This document shows, piece after piece, positions 40,575 through 52,765 of a stretch of DNA of 64,000 bases. Made by a program: the position numbers and the translations under genes. A model generated the notes under the pieces. The model was not told where the DNA came from and did no database searches. It saw nothing but the letters and a program-made list of their open reading frames with translations. Positions within the stretch are counted from its first letter, which is position 1. Every line of letters starts with the position of its first letter. Source of the stretch: Octopus vulgaris (taxonomy: Eukaryota); NCBI GenBank assembly GCA_951406725.2, contig OX597824.1, positions 51,150,001-51,214,000 of the forward strand. The letters run 5' to 3'.

Positions 40575-41220
40575 TAATAATAATAATAATAATAATTTCT
40601 TTATTAGCCTAAACGTCTCCAAAACAATGGGAACAAAGGAGATAGTACAACACAATAGTGGGAACGCATAAAAACATGCAAAAAGTAATAGTAAAACAAG
40701 AGATAGCAAAATATACTAACAAAGATAATCCGCGACAGAGGGATCAGCTATCTAGGGCCCGTCAAACAACCCCACGTATTCTGACCACAGGATTTCCCTG
40801 ACCACTAAAAGCACTAAGGTACCCTCTCTCATCTATCATTTCTACCCTATAGGCTTAAAATAAGACCATTCACTCGAGTAGTTTTAATTTTTCTCACTCA
40901 TCTCTCAGCATATTTAATGAGAGGCAGCACTTCTTTGCTTTCTCACTTTCCTCTCCCACTGAAACTCAAAAAGGTCGACGATGATGTGATCATACAAGAA
41001 GTGTATGACTTTAGACCCTTCAGCCACCAGACAAAGTAAAACTGCCAGCTCTTCCCGCTAAAGGAAAGCAGCGAAAGCGATCTTCACAACGAATTCGGCT
41101 GATAGCCGAATCTGTCCTATACGCGACGACAAGCATTTGTTATTCCTCCACAAGTCCGCAATACTCAGACACTGAACGAAGGTGAATAGAGAACGATTTC
41201 ATTGCCCTGCACACATTTAT
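40575..41220 (-). mobile_element. 3' end of an L1/Tx1-like LINE, decayed
   Basis: Minus SRIGQIRLSAEFVVKI and LFEFQWERKVRK resemble Tx1-type ORF2 C-termini; AATAAA and (ATT)n tail near 40575-40605. Confidence 0.55.
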
Positions 41221-42191
41221 GAAAAGACCAGACGACAGTCCTTCTATGTTTACAGTCTCGGTCCAATAATGCTAGATTTCTATAGAATACTAACTTTTCA
41301 ACGACAACATTGTCCAACTGATTGAGGGCTGTGAACACCTGACAACGTTCCAGATGCCAGTCGCCCAGGCTTATAGTTCACCTGATCCAAGGTCACAGCT
41401 CCGTGAAAGCAACGAGCTGAAGAAAAATGGGTTTGACAAAGGCTACTATATTTGCTCCTTCTCTATGAATTTTTGTAAATGAGGCAACTTCTCTAAGTGC
41501 TGGTGCATCATCAGCCACGATATACTGTGCTCTTCTGATAAAGGATGTTGACAGCAGGTGGAACGTCAGACCAAGGGAAAGCGTCTCTTCTACAAGATAC
41601 GAAAGACCAGACGTTGCAATTTTGGTCAGAAGAAAACTAGAGCAGTAATCGACGGCCAGGCAGTAATATATGCCCTAGGGGATCTATTGTTTGTCTTCTC
41701 TGTCTTTTTGTAGTTATGGAAACAAGAATGAACAAGTCTGACATGCAAAAATAGAGCTATACCACCTTGCTCTTCTAAACTGCTCATTAATTCCTGACTC
41801 CTTATTGAATTTAATCGATATTATCCTAATTGTCTTCCTTAGTATGCCGCACCACCTGTTATCGAAGAACATTTCCCTTTATTTCTCGCTTAAGTAGTTC
41901 ATTAATCCGGCCCCTGAAATGTTTCCGGACGGAAAGGATGCGTTCATCTTCTACTAACGAGATCTCTGTCTATTTGTCTGTTCTAAGATGACTGTACAAG
42001 CCGCGAATTTTGGTTCATGAAGTCAACTATCGATAAATATGGACAGCTTACGCTAGTTTTATTTGCCACTCGAGCAAAACGTCTATCTAGATCTAATTGG
42101 ATTCTTTGTGATTAAACTAAATTAAGTTTTTCATCACATGGAAGTTTAGTCGATGCAATCGTGAGATATAAGTTCAGTCGAGACATACATG

Positions 42192-42249
<58 letters not shown>

Positions 42250-42267
42250 TGTGTATGTGTGTGTGTA

Positions 42268-42342
<75 letters not shown>

Positions 42343-43571
42343 TGCATCATGCTCTCAGCTGGAACGTCTTTGATTGCGGATCTGTTGTTCGATCTGGACT
42401 AACTTGCGGCTACAAACAACAATAAATCGACCGTCCTGTTTGATAAGTGCACTAAGCCTTAGGATCAATGAAGCAGTAAGGAAGAGGATCCGAACCACCA
42501 ACGCTTCGGTTTGATATCGGAGTCTACCCCTATGTGTAATCAACTATCACGAGTTCTCACTTCACCTTAACCAGCTTAAATAATAGTGTAAATAACATCA
42601 TATGAATAAATTATATCAAATTGATTAGCTACTGCTGGCTAATGGTTTTGGTGTTATTGTTGATAATGTTAGTGGTAGTGTTGGCGGTAGTGAAGCTGAC
42701 GGCGACGCGGCGGCGGTGGTGGAGCCGGTGGGGGCTGCTGTGATGATGGTGGCGGTGGTGGTGGTGGTGGTGATGGTGGTGGTGGTAGTGGCGACGATAG
42801 TGTGGGCTGTTGTGGTGGCGGTGATGAGGTAGGGTTGATGACAGTGATAGAAAACATACGTGATAGTGGCTTCCGTGTTAGTGTTACAATATTGTCGGGC
42901 TGTATTGGTAAAATGTGGTGTATACGTGTATGGCGGGGAGGTGTAGGGCAATAGCGAACGGTTCTGTTAATTCACAGTGCTGGTGGTGATGGCTTTGGAT
43001 ATCATATCAAAGAGAGGTGACGGTGGGGGCCGTTATAAGCCACAGTGTTGGTGGGGTAAGTAAGAGCCCATACCTGCCCCTTCGTTAGCAGATTAAATTT
43101 TCATAAGTGTGTCTGTTAAATAAAGCGACAGATTCAACAGATGAGTGAACAAAAGAAGAGGAAAGGATACACCACATGACAAGTAGTTAATAATCAGAGG
43201 AACGACCAACCACTGAATAAAAACAAACGCAAAATAGTTGATGTTCACAACACAAACACACACACACACAAACATTCATGTATATGTTTGAATATATAAG
43301 TGTGCATGTGTATGTGTACATGTATGTTTATACAAATACACATCACATACAAACACAAAATACGCTTCGGTATATGTATGTATGTGTGTATGCGTGCATA
43401 TATATATATATATATATATATCCTACATGCGCATGTGTAACCAATCATACACACACATATATATTTACATACACATACACAAAAATAGGTTGAGTATTTC
43501 TACGTGTATATGTGTGCATGTGTGTGCGTGTTTGTGTGTATGTGTATATATATATATATATATATAGATAG

Positions 43572-43732
43572 ATGCAGGTATGAGTCTGTGGTTAAGAAGC
43601 TTGCTTCCCAACAATATGGTTCCCGGTTCATTCCCACTGCATGGCACTTGGGCTCGTGTCTTTTACTATAACCGCGGGCCAACCAAAGACTTGTGAGTGA
43701 ATTTCGTAGGTGGGAACTGAAACAAGCTCGTC

Positions 43733-43767
<35 letters not shown>

Positions 43768-44174
43768 CTCTTACTCTTTTACTCTTACTTGTTTCAGTCA
43801 TTTGACTGCGGCCATGCTGGAGCACCGCCTTTTAGTCGAGCAAATCGACCCCGGGACTTATTCTTTGTAAGCCCAGTTATTCTATCGGACTCTTTTGCCG
43901 AACCGCTAAGTGACGGGGACGTAAACACACCAGCATCGGTTGTCAAGCAATGCTAGGGGGACAAACACAGACACACAAACACACACACATATATATATAT
44001 ATACATATATACGACAGGCTTCTTTCAGTTTCCGTCTACCAAATCCACTCACAAGGCATTGGTCGGCCCGGGGCTATAGCAGAAGACACTTGCCCAAGAT
44101 GCCACGCAGTGGGACTGAACCCGGAACCATGTGGCTGGTTAGCAAGCTACTTACCACACAGCCACTCCTGCGCC
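43572..44174. mobile_element. Family 1 SINE head (+, 43572-43735) and full-length SINE (-, 43766-44174), an inverted pair
   Basis: Both heads carry A/B boxes; 44011-44174 is complementary to 43572-43735. Confidence 0.9.
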
Positions 44175-44325
44175 TATATATATTTATATATATGTATGTA
44201 TGTACGTATGTATGTATGTATGTATGTATGTATGTATGTATGTATGTATGTATGTATGTATGTATGTATGTATGTATGTATGTATGTATGTATGTATGTA
44301 TGTATGTATGTATATACACACACAG

Positions 44326-44440
44326 AGGGTGATTCAAAAGTCGCCATACATAAGAACAATTTTTTTTATAAGAAACATTTTTTTTATTTAACTGTTTCTT
44401 ATAAAAATAAATTTTTCCTATGTATGGTGACTTTTGAATC

Positions 44441-44445
<5 letters not shown>
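44326..44445. mobile_element. Tc1/mariner-type MITE, fully palindromic
   Basis: AGGGTGATTCAAAAGTCGCCATACATA / TATGTATGGTGACTTTTGAATCACCCT. Confidence 0.85.
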
Positions 44446-44476
<31 letters not shown>

Positions 44477-44477
44477 C

Positions 44478-44952
44478 ATATTATAAAAGCGAAATTCTGT
44501 CAGGGACCTATGTATTTCAGTTGATATTTGTTCTACATAGACATATTACACATCTTTGAAATCAGAATGATCCTGGGATTGAAAAAGAGCCCTTCATTTG
44601 GTTTTTGAACATCCAGCATTGGAATCTAATTTAAAAGTATTTGGGTTGCTATTTCAAGCAGGTAAAGCTGGATGATTAGCCATCTTCTTTGGCGTTTGTA
44701 AGATCACATCAGACATCAAGGGGGAAATAAATGACATTCACTTCGTTAATCGTACGTCGAGATAAGAACTTTGCGACAAATTGGGACTTGAACAATAGAA
44801 TGATTGCCTTACGGAATTAATTCTCACCCGTCCTTAAGCTCTCATCAAACACTATCAAGGCATACAGTCATTATAGACGTATTATAGTAATGTTACTTGG
44901 CTCTCTCTTAGCGCCACTTTAAAGACCGCACGGAGTGCGGCTTTTATGCTAG
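44478..44952 (+). mobile_element. Non-autonomous Helitron-like element
   Basis: 3' hairpin CCGCAC-gga-GTGCGG (44926-44940), then CTAG|T; the 5' boundary TATTATAAAAG..CTGTC is inferred. Confidence 0.6.
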
Positions 44953-45235
44953 TATATATGTTTGTGAGTGTGTGTGTGTGTGTGTTTGTTCCCACACCAC
45001 TAGTTAACCACTGGTGCTGATTTGTTTACGTCCCTGTAACTTAGCTTTTCATTAAAAGCGACCTTAGTCGATCCGTTCGATTAAAAATTTTTCAAGGCTT
45101 TGTTCCAGTACGGCCGCACTCTAATGAATGAAAAAAAGATATATATACATATGCAAAGATATATATACATATACGGAAAGGGACAAAGAGAGAAATGAAA
45201 AGGGAGAGAGAGGCAAAAAACAGAGATAGCCTAGC

Positions 45236-45325
<90 letters not shown>

Positions 45326-46095
45326 TGATAGATAGACAGATAGATAGATAAATAGATAGATAGATAGATAGATTGATAGATAGACAGATACTAATGTATT
45401 TATATTACATAGTTAATTGCATAACAGCCATTTTCTCAATCCTTTGTGGGAGTGTACAGGTCGTGTTGAATTTCGCTGTAATCAATTAGTGATTAATGTA
45501 TAGAACCGTCAAGATGGGGTACGTGTTCGAATCCCACATATTGCTTATTTAACTTACCCATCAATACATTATCAAGTACTCCTCATAATCAATCTCTCTG
45601 CTTGTTATTATAGCTGTCTGACAATAGGGTGGGTGGGGGAATAAAATGAGTGATTCCTCGGAATAGACTGAAAAGATAAGAAAGGCAGACAGAATAATTA
45701 CGGAAAGTTGCAGTTGAAAATGAAAATTAAGAAAGGATTATGACAAGGAAAAGAAATATAACGACAGAAGATGGAGAAAATAATACATAAAGGCTTCGGT
45801 TTGAGACATCAGAATATCAAAAACTAAAACGCATGAAAAAGTATAGAAGAAAAATTTATAAATAATTAAATAAAATATTGGTTTCAAATTTGGCACAAGG
45901 CCAACAGTTTCGGGGGTGGGGATAAGTCGATTACATTGACCTCAGTACTTAACTGGTATTTATTTTATCGACCCCGAAAGGATAAAAGGAAAAGTCGACC
46001 CTGGTGGAATTTGAACTCAGAACGTGCACAAAGAATTTTGTCCAGTGTGCTAACGATTCTGCCAGCGTGTCCCCTTTAATTAAAAAAATAATGCC

Positions 46096-46500
46096 ATGTG
46101 TAGCTGCAGGAATATAGAGGAATGCAGATTTAACAACTACATGGTAAAGAAGGTAGCTTACAAATGTGAGGTGAAGGCAGGTGCGCAGAAATTCGTTTAC
46201 CTTGGTAACACCGGAAACACCATGAAAAGATGTCTGCGAAACCATCTCACATCATTTTCCAATATAAATGAAAGACACCCCACATATCTTATTGAACCTC
46301 GTCTGGAGGTTCAAACAGAATGAAGTGGAGCATACCACCCACTGGTCTATTATAAAAAATGCTGCACCATACAACGTAACATTACGGGTATAACTAGAAG
46401 TCCTGGAAATCATCACATCCAGGAAAAACGTGATAAATAGGCATTCTGAGGTGATCATATGTAAACATAGGAACAAAACATAATTAATGGAGTTTGAAAA
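46096..46500 (+). pseudogene. PLE (Naiad-type) GIY-YIG endonuclease fragment
   Basis: CSCR..EC....KVAYKCEV....YLGNT..MKR..NHLTSF, later WSIIKNAAPY and NR.SE..CKHRNK. Confidence 0.75.
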
Positions 46501-47085
46501 AATCATTTAGAATCGAAATAACACATTACAGAACATGAAAGGAACGCAAACAAATAAACAAACAAACAAATATTTAGGATGCTATTCACTACACCGCCAG
46601 AAACAATGAAAAGTTACCCTAAGAAAGTATCATCTATCAAATCAGTCAATAAACCACAATAGCTGATGGCTGTAGTGATAGTGCCGGATGACCTGTTGAC
46701 TTCAGAATTCATTGAAGAGAGTCGCCTTTAAATCAGATCAAACAAAAGAATGTACAACCCATCCTTGACATCTGCTGAATGAATAGAAAATGAGTCCAAC
46801 ACCACCACACACATCTCCATTCTCATATAACTACCATTCGTTCCTCTCTTTACATCACCTTCCCCTCCTCCCCACTGAATACACACAGAAATATTCACAA
46901 CTCACTCAACTGCCATACTGGTCAAAAAAGATAAGCATCCCACTATTGTACATCCATTAATGTTATATCACCTGTACAAATGAATCTAGACTAATGGAAC
47001 CGCTTCCTCCTCTCTTATTAGAAGTAAACATAAGTGGGTCAATTATCCCTCCCTCCTCCTGAAGACTTCACTAACCTCTAAATTT

Positions 47086-47578
47086 CTGCACGTAAATGCC
47101 TCACGCTATTAGGGACTCTTAAAGGGAATAATTATAAATTTTTCCCTTATGAGGTTTTCACGTTGAATACTGGATAAATTCTTATAAAGATTTTATCCCA
47201 TTTTAAATTTTAAATTTAACCGGAATATGTTCAGTGCTGAATTATTCTGAATATACACTGTACCGAGGTGCAATTTGAAAAGCCCGCCTCTTACATGCAT
47301 ATATAAGAGTGAACATCTCTTTGCACTATGTTGGATACATTTGGTGTTCGTCTGATATGTTGATTTTGTTTATTTTTATCTGTCTTGATTATGCCTGCAC
47401 TCACGAATAGAAAGTGGATTATGTACACTAACTATGAAATCATATGATTTGCGGCTGAATCCGTTTTTAAGGATTGGCTTCAAAGGTTGCATTCCCTCAT
47501 GTCCGGTACACTGTGTATTTATTATGGTAGTTTTGACTTTGACTCCCTAATAGCGTGAGGCATTTACGTGTAGTAATG

Positions 47579-47582
<4 letters not shown>
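47086..47582 (+). mobile_element. PLE pseudo-LTR with inverted terminus and a mutated HHR (47393-47455)
   Basis: CACGTAAATGCCTCACGCTATTAGGGA / TCCCTAATAGCGTGAGGCATTTACGTG; CTGCA-CTCACGA-ATAG...CTAT-GAAA-TCATATGA-TT-TGCGG (G5 to C); same terminus as 61879-61918. Confidence 0.7.
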
Positions 47583-47620
<38 letters not shown>

Positions 47621-47625
<5 letters not shown>

Positions 47626-48600
47626 AGAGGAAAAAATAATAAGGCAGAATGCTAAATTGAAAGTAAATTTTAATAAAAATGGCTGTATGAAAATTTTTTA
47701 AAAGTATTCAAAGTTTAAAATCAAGACCAACTTCTCTTGTTCCTCTGAGACCCTCATTTACGTTTTTACATGCGCCGGTTGCCAACACAATTATATCGGA
47801 CAAACGAGCCTTCCTTTACGCAGAAGAGTAGCAGTCCATAAAGAACAGATAAATCTCCTAAAATACCGTCAAATTCCACTCAATAACCACATAGACTCTT
47901 GCGCTAGAAATATAAATCCCAAATTTCATATATTCCATTTCTATCAATGTAAAGACAGAATCTCTACACAAAAAAGAATCAACAAGGAGCATTGTTTTAT
48001 TGAAAAATTCCAAACGCTTCTTAATATGCAAACTCCACGGTGACCGTATTCCTTTTTCTAGCATCCTGTCTGACAAAAAATAGATATAAGCATCATGTTT
48101 GACAAAAACTCCAGCATTCCAATTAAAGAGTATAAAATCCACAGAATTGTCTCCCCTTATTCACAGGAACTGGATAACTCCTACCCCATTTCCTGTTTTG
48201 ACACATAAACATCCAACCTTTTCAAACAAAAGACTACACTTAAACACATGCATCCTAATCCTCCAAAGAAGTTTGTCCATGGACTAATATTGAACTCTAA
48301 AAGCATAAAGACACTACAATGCATTGGTATACTTATATATTGATTTTGTATATATTTATTATTTTTATGAAAAAACATTGTAAATTTCTTTTTTTCCCTT
48401 CCTCAATTTAAAAAAAAAAATTTTCCCCTTCCAAATCTTGAAAATTTGCCTTGCAATGGAGCCGGTTTGATTTCTATTTTGATTTTTGATTAAAACCCAT
48501 TTTTAGTAAAATTTACATTCAATTTAGCATTCTGCCTTATTATTTTTTCCTCTCCTATCATTTTTACACGTGCAGTTAACACAACCCCACCATTTACTAA
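47621..48600 (+). mobile_element. 5'-truncated PLE (Neptune-like) with an inverted 62-bp terminal copy
   Basis: 47621-47682 is the reverse complement of about 48497-48558; GIY-YIG frame between them; flanked by (TA)n. Confidence 0.85.
47711..48043 (+). pseudogene. GIY-YIG endonuclease C-terminal fragment (not in the ORF track)
   Basis: KFKIKTNFSCSSETLIYVFTCAGCQHNYIGQTSLPLRRRVAVH...HIDSC...KEHCFIEKFQTLLN. Confidence 0.85.
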
Positions 48601-48644
<44 letters not shown>

Positions 48645-48669
48645 TGTATGTATGTATGTATGCATGTAT

Positions 48670-48730
<61 letters not shown>

Positions 48731-48733
<3 letters not shown>

Positions 48734-49017
48734 ATTAATCAATATAGGGTGGCAAAAAAAAATTTTGTAGAATTTTTTTGCCACAAGCGGCCTAGTGGGA
48801 AAAAATTAAATAGTCATAGACCATTTATAAGTTCAACATCACAATCAAGGAACGGCCATAATAGGCCATTCACCCACTAGAAATAACAGCCAAAGCTTCA
48901 ACCGCAAAATAACATTAATTCCGCAAACCAGGAGAAAATTAAAAAAACATTTACCCTGTAATTTCTTATACGATGCACCGTTTCATCTATTGTTTAATGG
49001 TAAACTGATTAAATTAA
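48731..49017 (-). repeat. Inverted partial copy of the ~491-bp unit
   Basis: 48731-49006 is the reverse complement of 49044-49317. Confidence 0.95.
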
Positions 49018-49473
49018 TTGGCTTGATTTAATTTAATCAGGTTAGTTTACCATTAAACAATAGATGAAACGGTGCATCGTATAAGAAATTACAGGGTAAA
49101 TGTTTTTTTAATTTTCTCCTGGTTTGCGGAATTAATGTTATTTTGCGGTTGAAGCTTTGGCTGTTATTTCTAGTGGGTGAATGGCCTATTATGGCCGTTC
49201 CTTGATTGTGATGTTGAACTTATAAATGGTCTATGACTATTTAATTTTTTCCCACTAGGCCGCTGGTGGCAAAAAAATTCTACAAAATTTTTTTGCCACC
49301 CTATATTGATTAATTATGAATTTTCTGGTTGATTCCGTAATGGAATCGGCGGCTTATATTTATTTGCTGCCGATAAATTTGGCGCGAGTGCGATGATTTG
49401 AAAATTTTAGGTCAGATATTGCCGAGGCAGGGACAGAAGTGCCTCGTGAAAATATCTGTTCCGATCTTTGGCT

Positions 49474-49580
49474 ATTTCTTACTGACGAATCTAAGGGCCT
49501 ATGAAAGATTGGCTTGATTTAATTTAATCAGGTTAGTTTACCATTAAACAATAGATGAAACGGTGCATCGTATAAGAAAT
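49474..49580 (+). ncRNA. Type I hammerhead ribozyme, unit 1
   Basis: ATTTCTTA-CTGACGA-ATCTA-(58-nt hairpin)-TAGAT-GAAA-CGGTGCATCG-TA-TAAGAAAT; predicted cut after 49572. Confidence 0.88.
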
Positions 49581-49963
49581 TACAGGGTAAATGTTTTTTT
49601 AATTTTCTCCTGGTTTGCGGAATTAATGTTATTTTGCGGTTGAAGCTTTGGCTGTTATTTCTAGTGGGTGAATGGCCTATTATGGCCGTTCCTTGATTGT
49701 GATGTTGAACTTATAAATGGTCTATGACTATTTAATTTTTTCCCACTAGGCCGCTGGTGGCAAAAAAATTCTACAAAATTTTTTTTGCCACCCTATATTG
49801 ATTAATTATGAATTTTCTGGTTGATTCCGTAATGGAATCGGCGGCTTATATTTATTTGCTGCCGATAAATTTGGCGCGAGTGCGATGATTTGAAAATTTT
49901 AGGTCAGATATTGCCGAGGCAGGGACAGAAGTGCCTCGTGAAAATATCTGTTCCGATCTGGCT

Positions 49964-50070
49964 ATTTCTTACTGACGAATCTAAGGGCCTATGGAAGATT
50001 GGCTTGATTTAATTTAATCAGGTTAGTTTACCATTAAACAATAGATGAAACGGTGCATCGTATAAGAAAT
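49964..50070 (+). ncRNA. Type I hammerhead ribozyme, unit 2
   Basis: Same motif; predicted cut after 50062. Confidence 0.88.
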
Positions 50071-50455
50071 TACAGGGTAAATGTTTTTTTAATTTTCTCC
50101 TGGTTTGCGGAATTAATGTTATTTTGCGGTTGAAGCTTTGGCTGTTATTTCTAGTGGGTGAATGGCCTATTATGGCCGTTCCTTGATTGTGATGTTGAAC
50201 TTATAAATGGTCTATGACTATTTAATTTTTTCCCACTAGGCCGCTGGTGGCAAAAAAAATTCTACAAAATTTTTTTTTGCCACCCTATATTGATTAATTA
50301 TGAATTTTCTGGTTGATTCCGTAATGGAATCGGCGGCTTATATTTATTTGCTGCCGATAAATTTGGCGCGAGTGCGATGATTTGAAAATTTTAGGTCAGA
50401 TATTGCCGAGGCAGGGACAGAAGTGCCTCGTGAAAATATCTGTTCCGATCTGGCT

Positions 50456-50562
50456 ATTTCTTACTGACGAATCTAAGGGCCTATGGAAGATTGGCTTGAT
50501 TTAATTTAATCAGGTTAGTTTACCATTAAACAATAGATGAAACGGTGCATCGTATAAGAAAT
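50456..50562 (+). ncRNA. Type I hammerhead ribozyme, unit 3
   Basis: Same motif; predicted cut after 50554. Confidence 0.88.
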
Positions 50563-50947
50563 TACATGGTAAATGTTTTTTTAATTTTCTCCTGGTTTGC
50601 GGAATTAATGTTATTTTGCGGTTGAAGCTTTGGCTGTTATTTCTAGTGGGTGAATGGCCTATTATGGCCGTTCCTTGATTGTGATGTTGAACTTATAAAT
50701 GGTCTATGACTATTTAATTTTTTCCCACTAGGCCGCTGGTGGCAAAAAAAAATTCTACAAAATTTTTTTTGCCACCCTATATTGATTAATTATGAATTTT
50801 CTGGTTGATTCCGTAATGGAATCGGCGGCTTATATTTATTTGCTGCCGATAAATTTGGCGCGAGTGCGATGATTTGAAAATTTTAGGTCAGATATTGCCG
50901 AGGCAGGGACAGAAGTGCCTCGTGAAAATATCTGTTCCGATCTGGCT

Positions 50948-51054
50948 ATTTCTTACTGACGAATCTAAGGGCCTATGGAAGATTGGCTTGATTTAATTTA
51001 ATCAGGTTAGTTTACCATTAAACAATAGATGAAACGGTGCATCGTATAAGAAAT
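50948..51054 (+). ncRNA. Type I hammerhead ribozyme, unit 4
   Basis: Same motif; predicted cut after 51046. Confidence 0.88.
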
Positions 51055-51176
51055 TACAGGGTAAATGTTTTTTTAATTTTCTCCTGGTTTGCGGAATTAA
51101 TGTTATTTTGCGGTTGAAGCTTTGGCTGTTATTTCTTTCTAGTGGGTGAATGGCCTATTATGGCCGTTCCTTGATT

Positions 51177-51220
<44 letters not shown>

Positions 51221-51223
<3 letters not shown>

Positions 51224-51840
51224 GTACAGGACGTCAGCAACTATTCTAACAACATGAAATAAGTAAACAAACGAGTTAAATGCGTAAACAACTATACAAA
51301 AACAAAATGAAAACAGGACAATTAAACACAGAGAAAGAACCCTTCATCAGTCGTCGTCTATCTATCTACTCCTCATTTCTTGCATTCAATGACAATATGA
51401 GTCTTCAAAGACAGTTGCTCCCATACATTCTAAAATAAAATTTAGGATTTATGGAGGGTCAAAGTTGGGAACAAAAACATGACAGTAGAGATATACAACG
51501 AAGCCGAACGAAAACAAACATAGAAGGTCGTTAGACCAGAGCGATTGGAAAATAGTGAACGGCGTGAGAAAATTTTTTTGGGAAAAGAGAAAAGATCGAA
51601 GAGAGAGAAAAAACGTCCGTCCTTTTGAACATCCATGCAGGAAAAGCAAGATGGTCATGTGAGGAAAAGAGCAACGAGAGAGAGAGAGAAAAGGAGAAAG
51701 AGGGTGGAGAGAGAGAGAGAGAGGGGGGGTCAGAAAAATGGAATTATGGAAGGATGGAAGAAGAAACAGTATCGAGAAGAGAGTCGCATCAAAAAGGTGA
51801 AAAGAAGCTTACTTGGAAATGGATACGTGGCGTTCAATTA
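51221..51840 (-). mobile_element. Interspersed repeat (probable pseudo-LTR derivative) between (TA)n tracts
   Basis: Terminus TGGGTACAGGACGTCA shared with 25500-25515 (opposite strand) and 51879-51896. Confidence 0.7.
51344..51422 (-). ncRNA. Candidate non-circularly permuted hammerhead, second family
   Basis: Minus: GAGCA a CTGTCT ttgaaga CTCAT-A-TTGTC attgaa TGCaa-GAAA-TGAG gagt..AGATAG ac GACGA-CTGATGA. Confidence 0.55.
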
Positions 51841-51875
<35 letters not shown>

Positions 51876-52046
51876 TAAATGGGTACATAACGTCACCAAC
51901 GGTTCAAACAACTTGAAATACGTAAACAGACGAGTTAAATACGGAACAACGAGAAAAATAGAAAGTAGAACATGTATATATATATATATGTATATTATTC
52001 CAGCAATGCCGCAGTCGAATGAATGAAACAAATAAAAAACTGAAAG

Positions 52047-52100
<54 letters not shown>

Positions 52101-52610
52101 CTGAATGGTCATTTTGCCAGTTTAGCCAATAAAAACACGCGCACTATATATTTGGTGTTACTTTGCTTCAGTGTTATTTATTTTTTACATTAATCTTAAT
52201 CTTATTTCGGCCAGAGTTCTTTCGTCACATTCCTGTGACCGCATCAGTGGTCCTTTGTTTTCTTCTTACTTATTTGTGTCTCTCCTTACTAATAACCGTC
52301 AGCCATTTTGTATTTCTATTGTATGTCTTCATTTGCGCATGCTTATATCTCTATGTGCGTTTATGTTTATTTAGTGTGTGTATGTGGGGGATGCCTGTAA
52401 TATTTGTATCTTCTGTTTATATATGTTCATGTAATTTGTAATTTTATTTGTTCATGTAATTTGTATTTTGTATTTTGTTTTTTGTTTTTGTTGTTTTTGT
52501 TTATTCTTATTTTGTTCATGTGTTTACATCCACCCATTATTATCATTACATATGCTTGTATGTATGTATAACAACAATACTAGTAATAATAATAATAAAT
52601 TGAATAAAAA

Positions 52611-52703
<93 letters not shown>

Positions 52704-52765
52704 TTTATTTCTATTAGTTTATTTATTTATCTGTGTATTTATTATGTTTTCAGGATCCTCTATCG

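Larger units (their letters stand above)
49017..51181 (+). mobile_element. Tandem array (about 4.4 x 490-492 bp) with one hammerhead per unit; retrozyme-like
   Basis: CTGACGA cores at 49482, 49972, 50464, 50956; units differ mainly in homopolymer length; no ORF; flanked by (TA)n. Confidence 0.9.

Noticed and set aside
41500-41700. AVIDGQAVIYALG peptide resembling the nuclease domain of Academ-type transposons
   Set aside because: A single short motif in decayed sequence
49017-51181. CRISPR array, rDNA or ordinary satellite
   Set aside because: No unique spacers and no rRNA motifs; the per-unit hammerhead and inverted cap fit a retrozyme better
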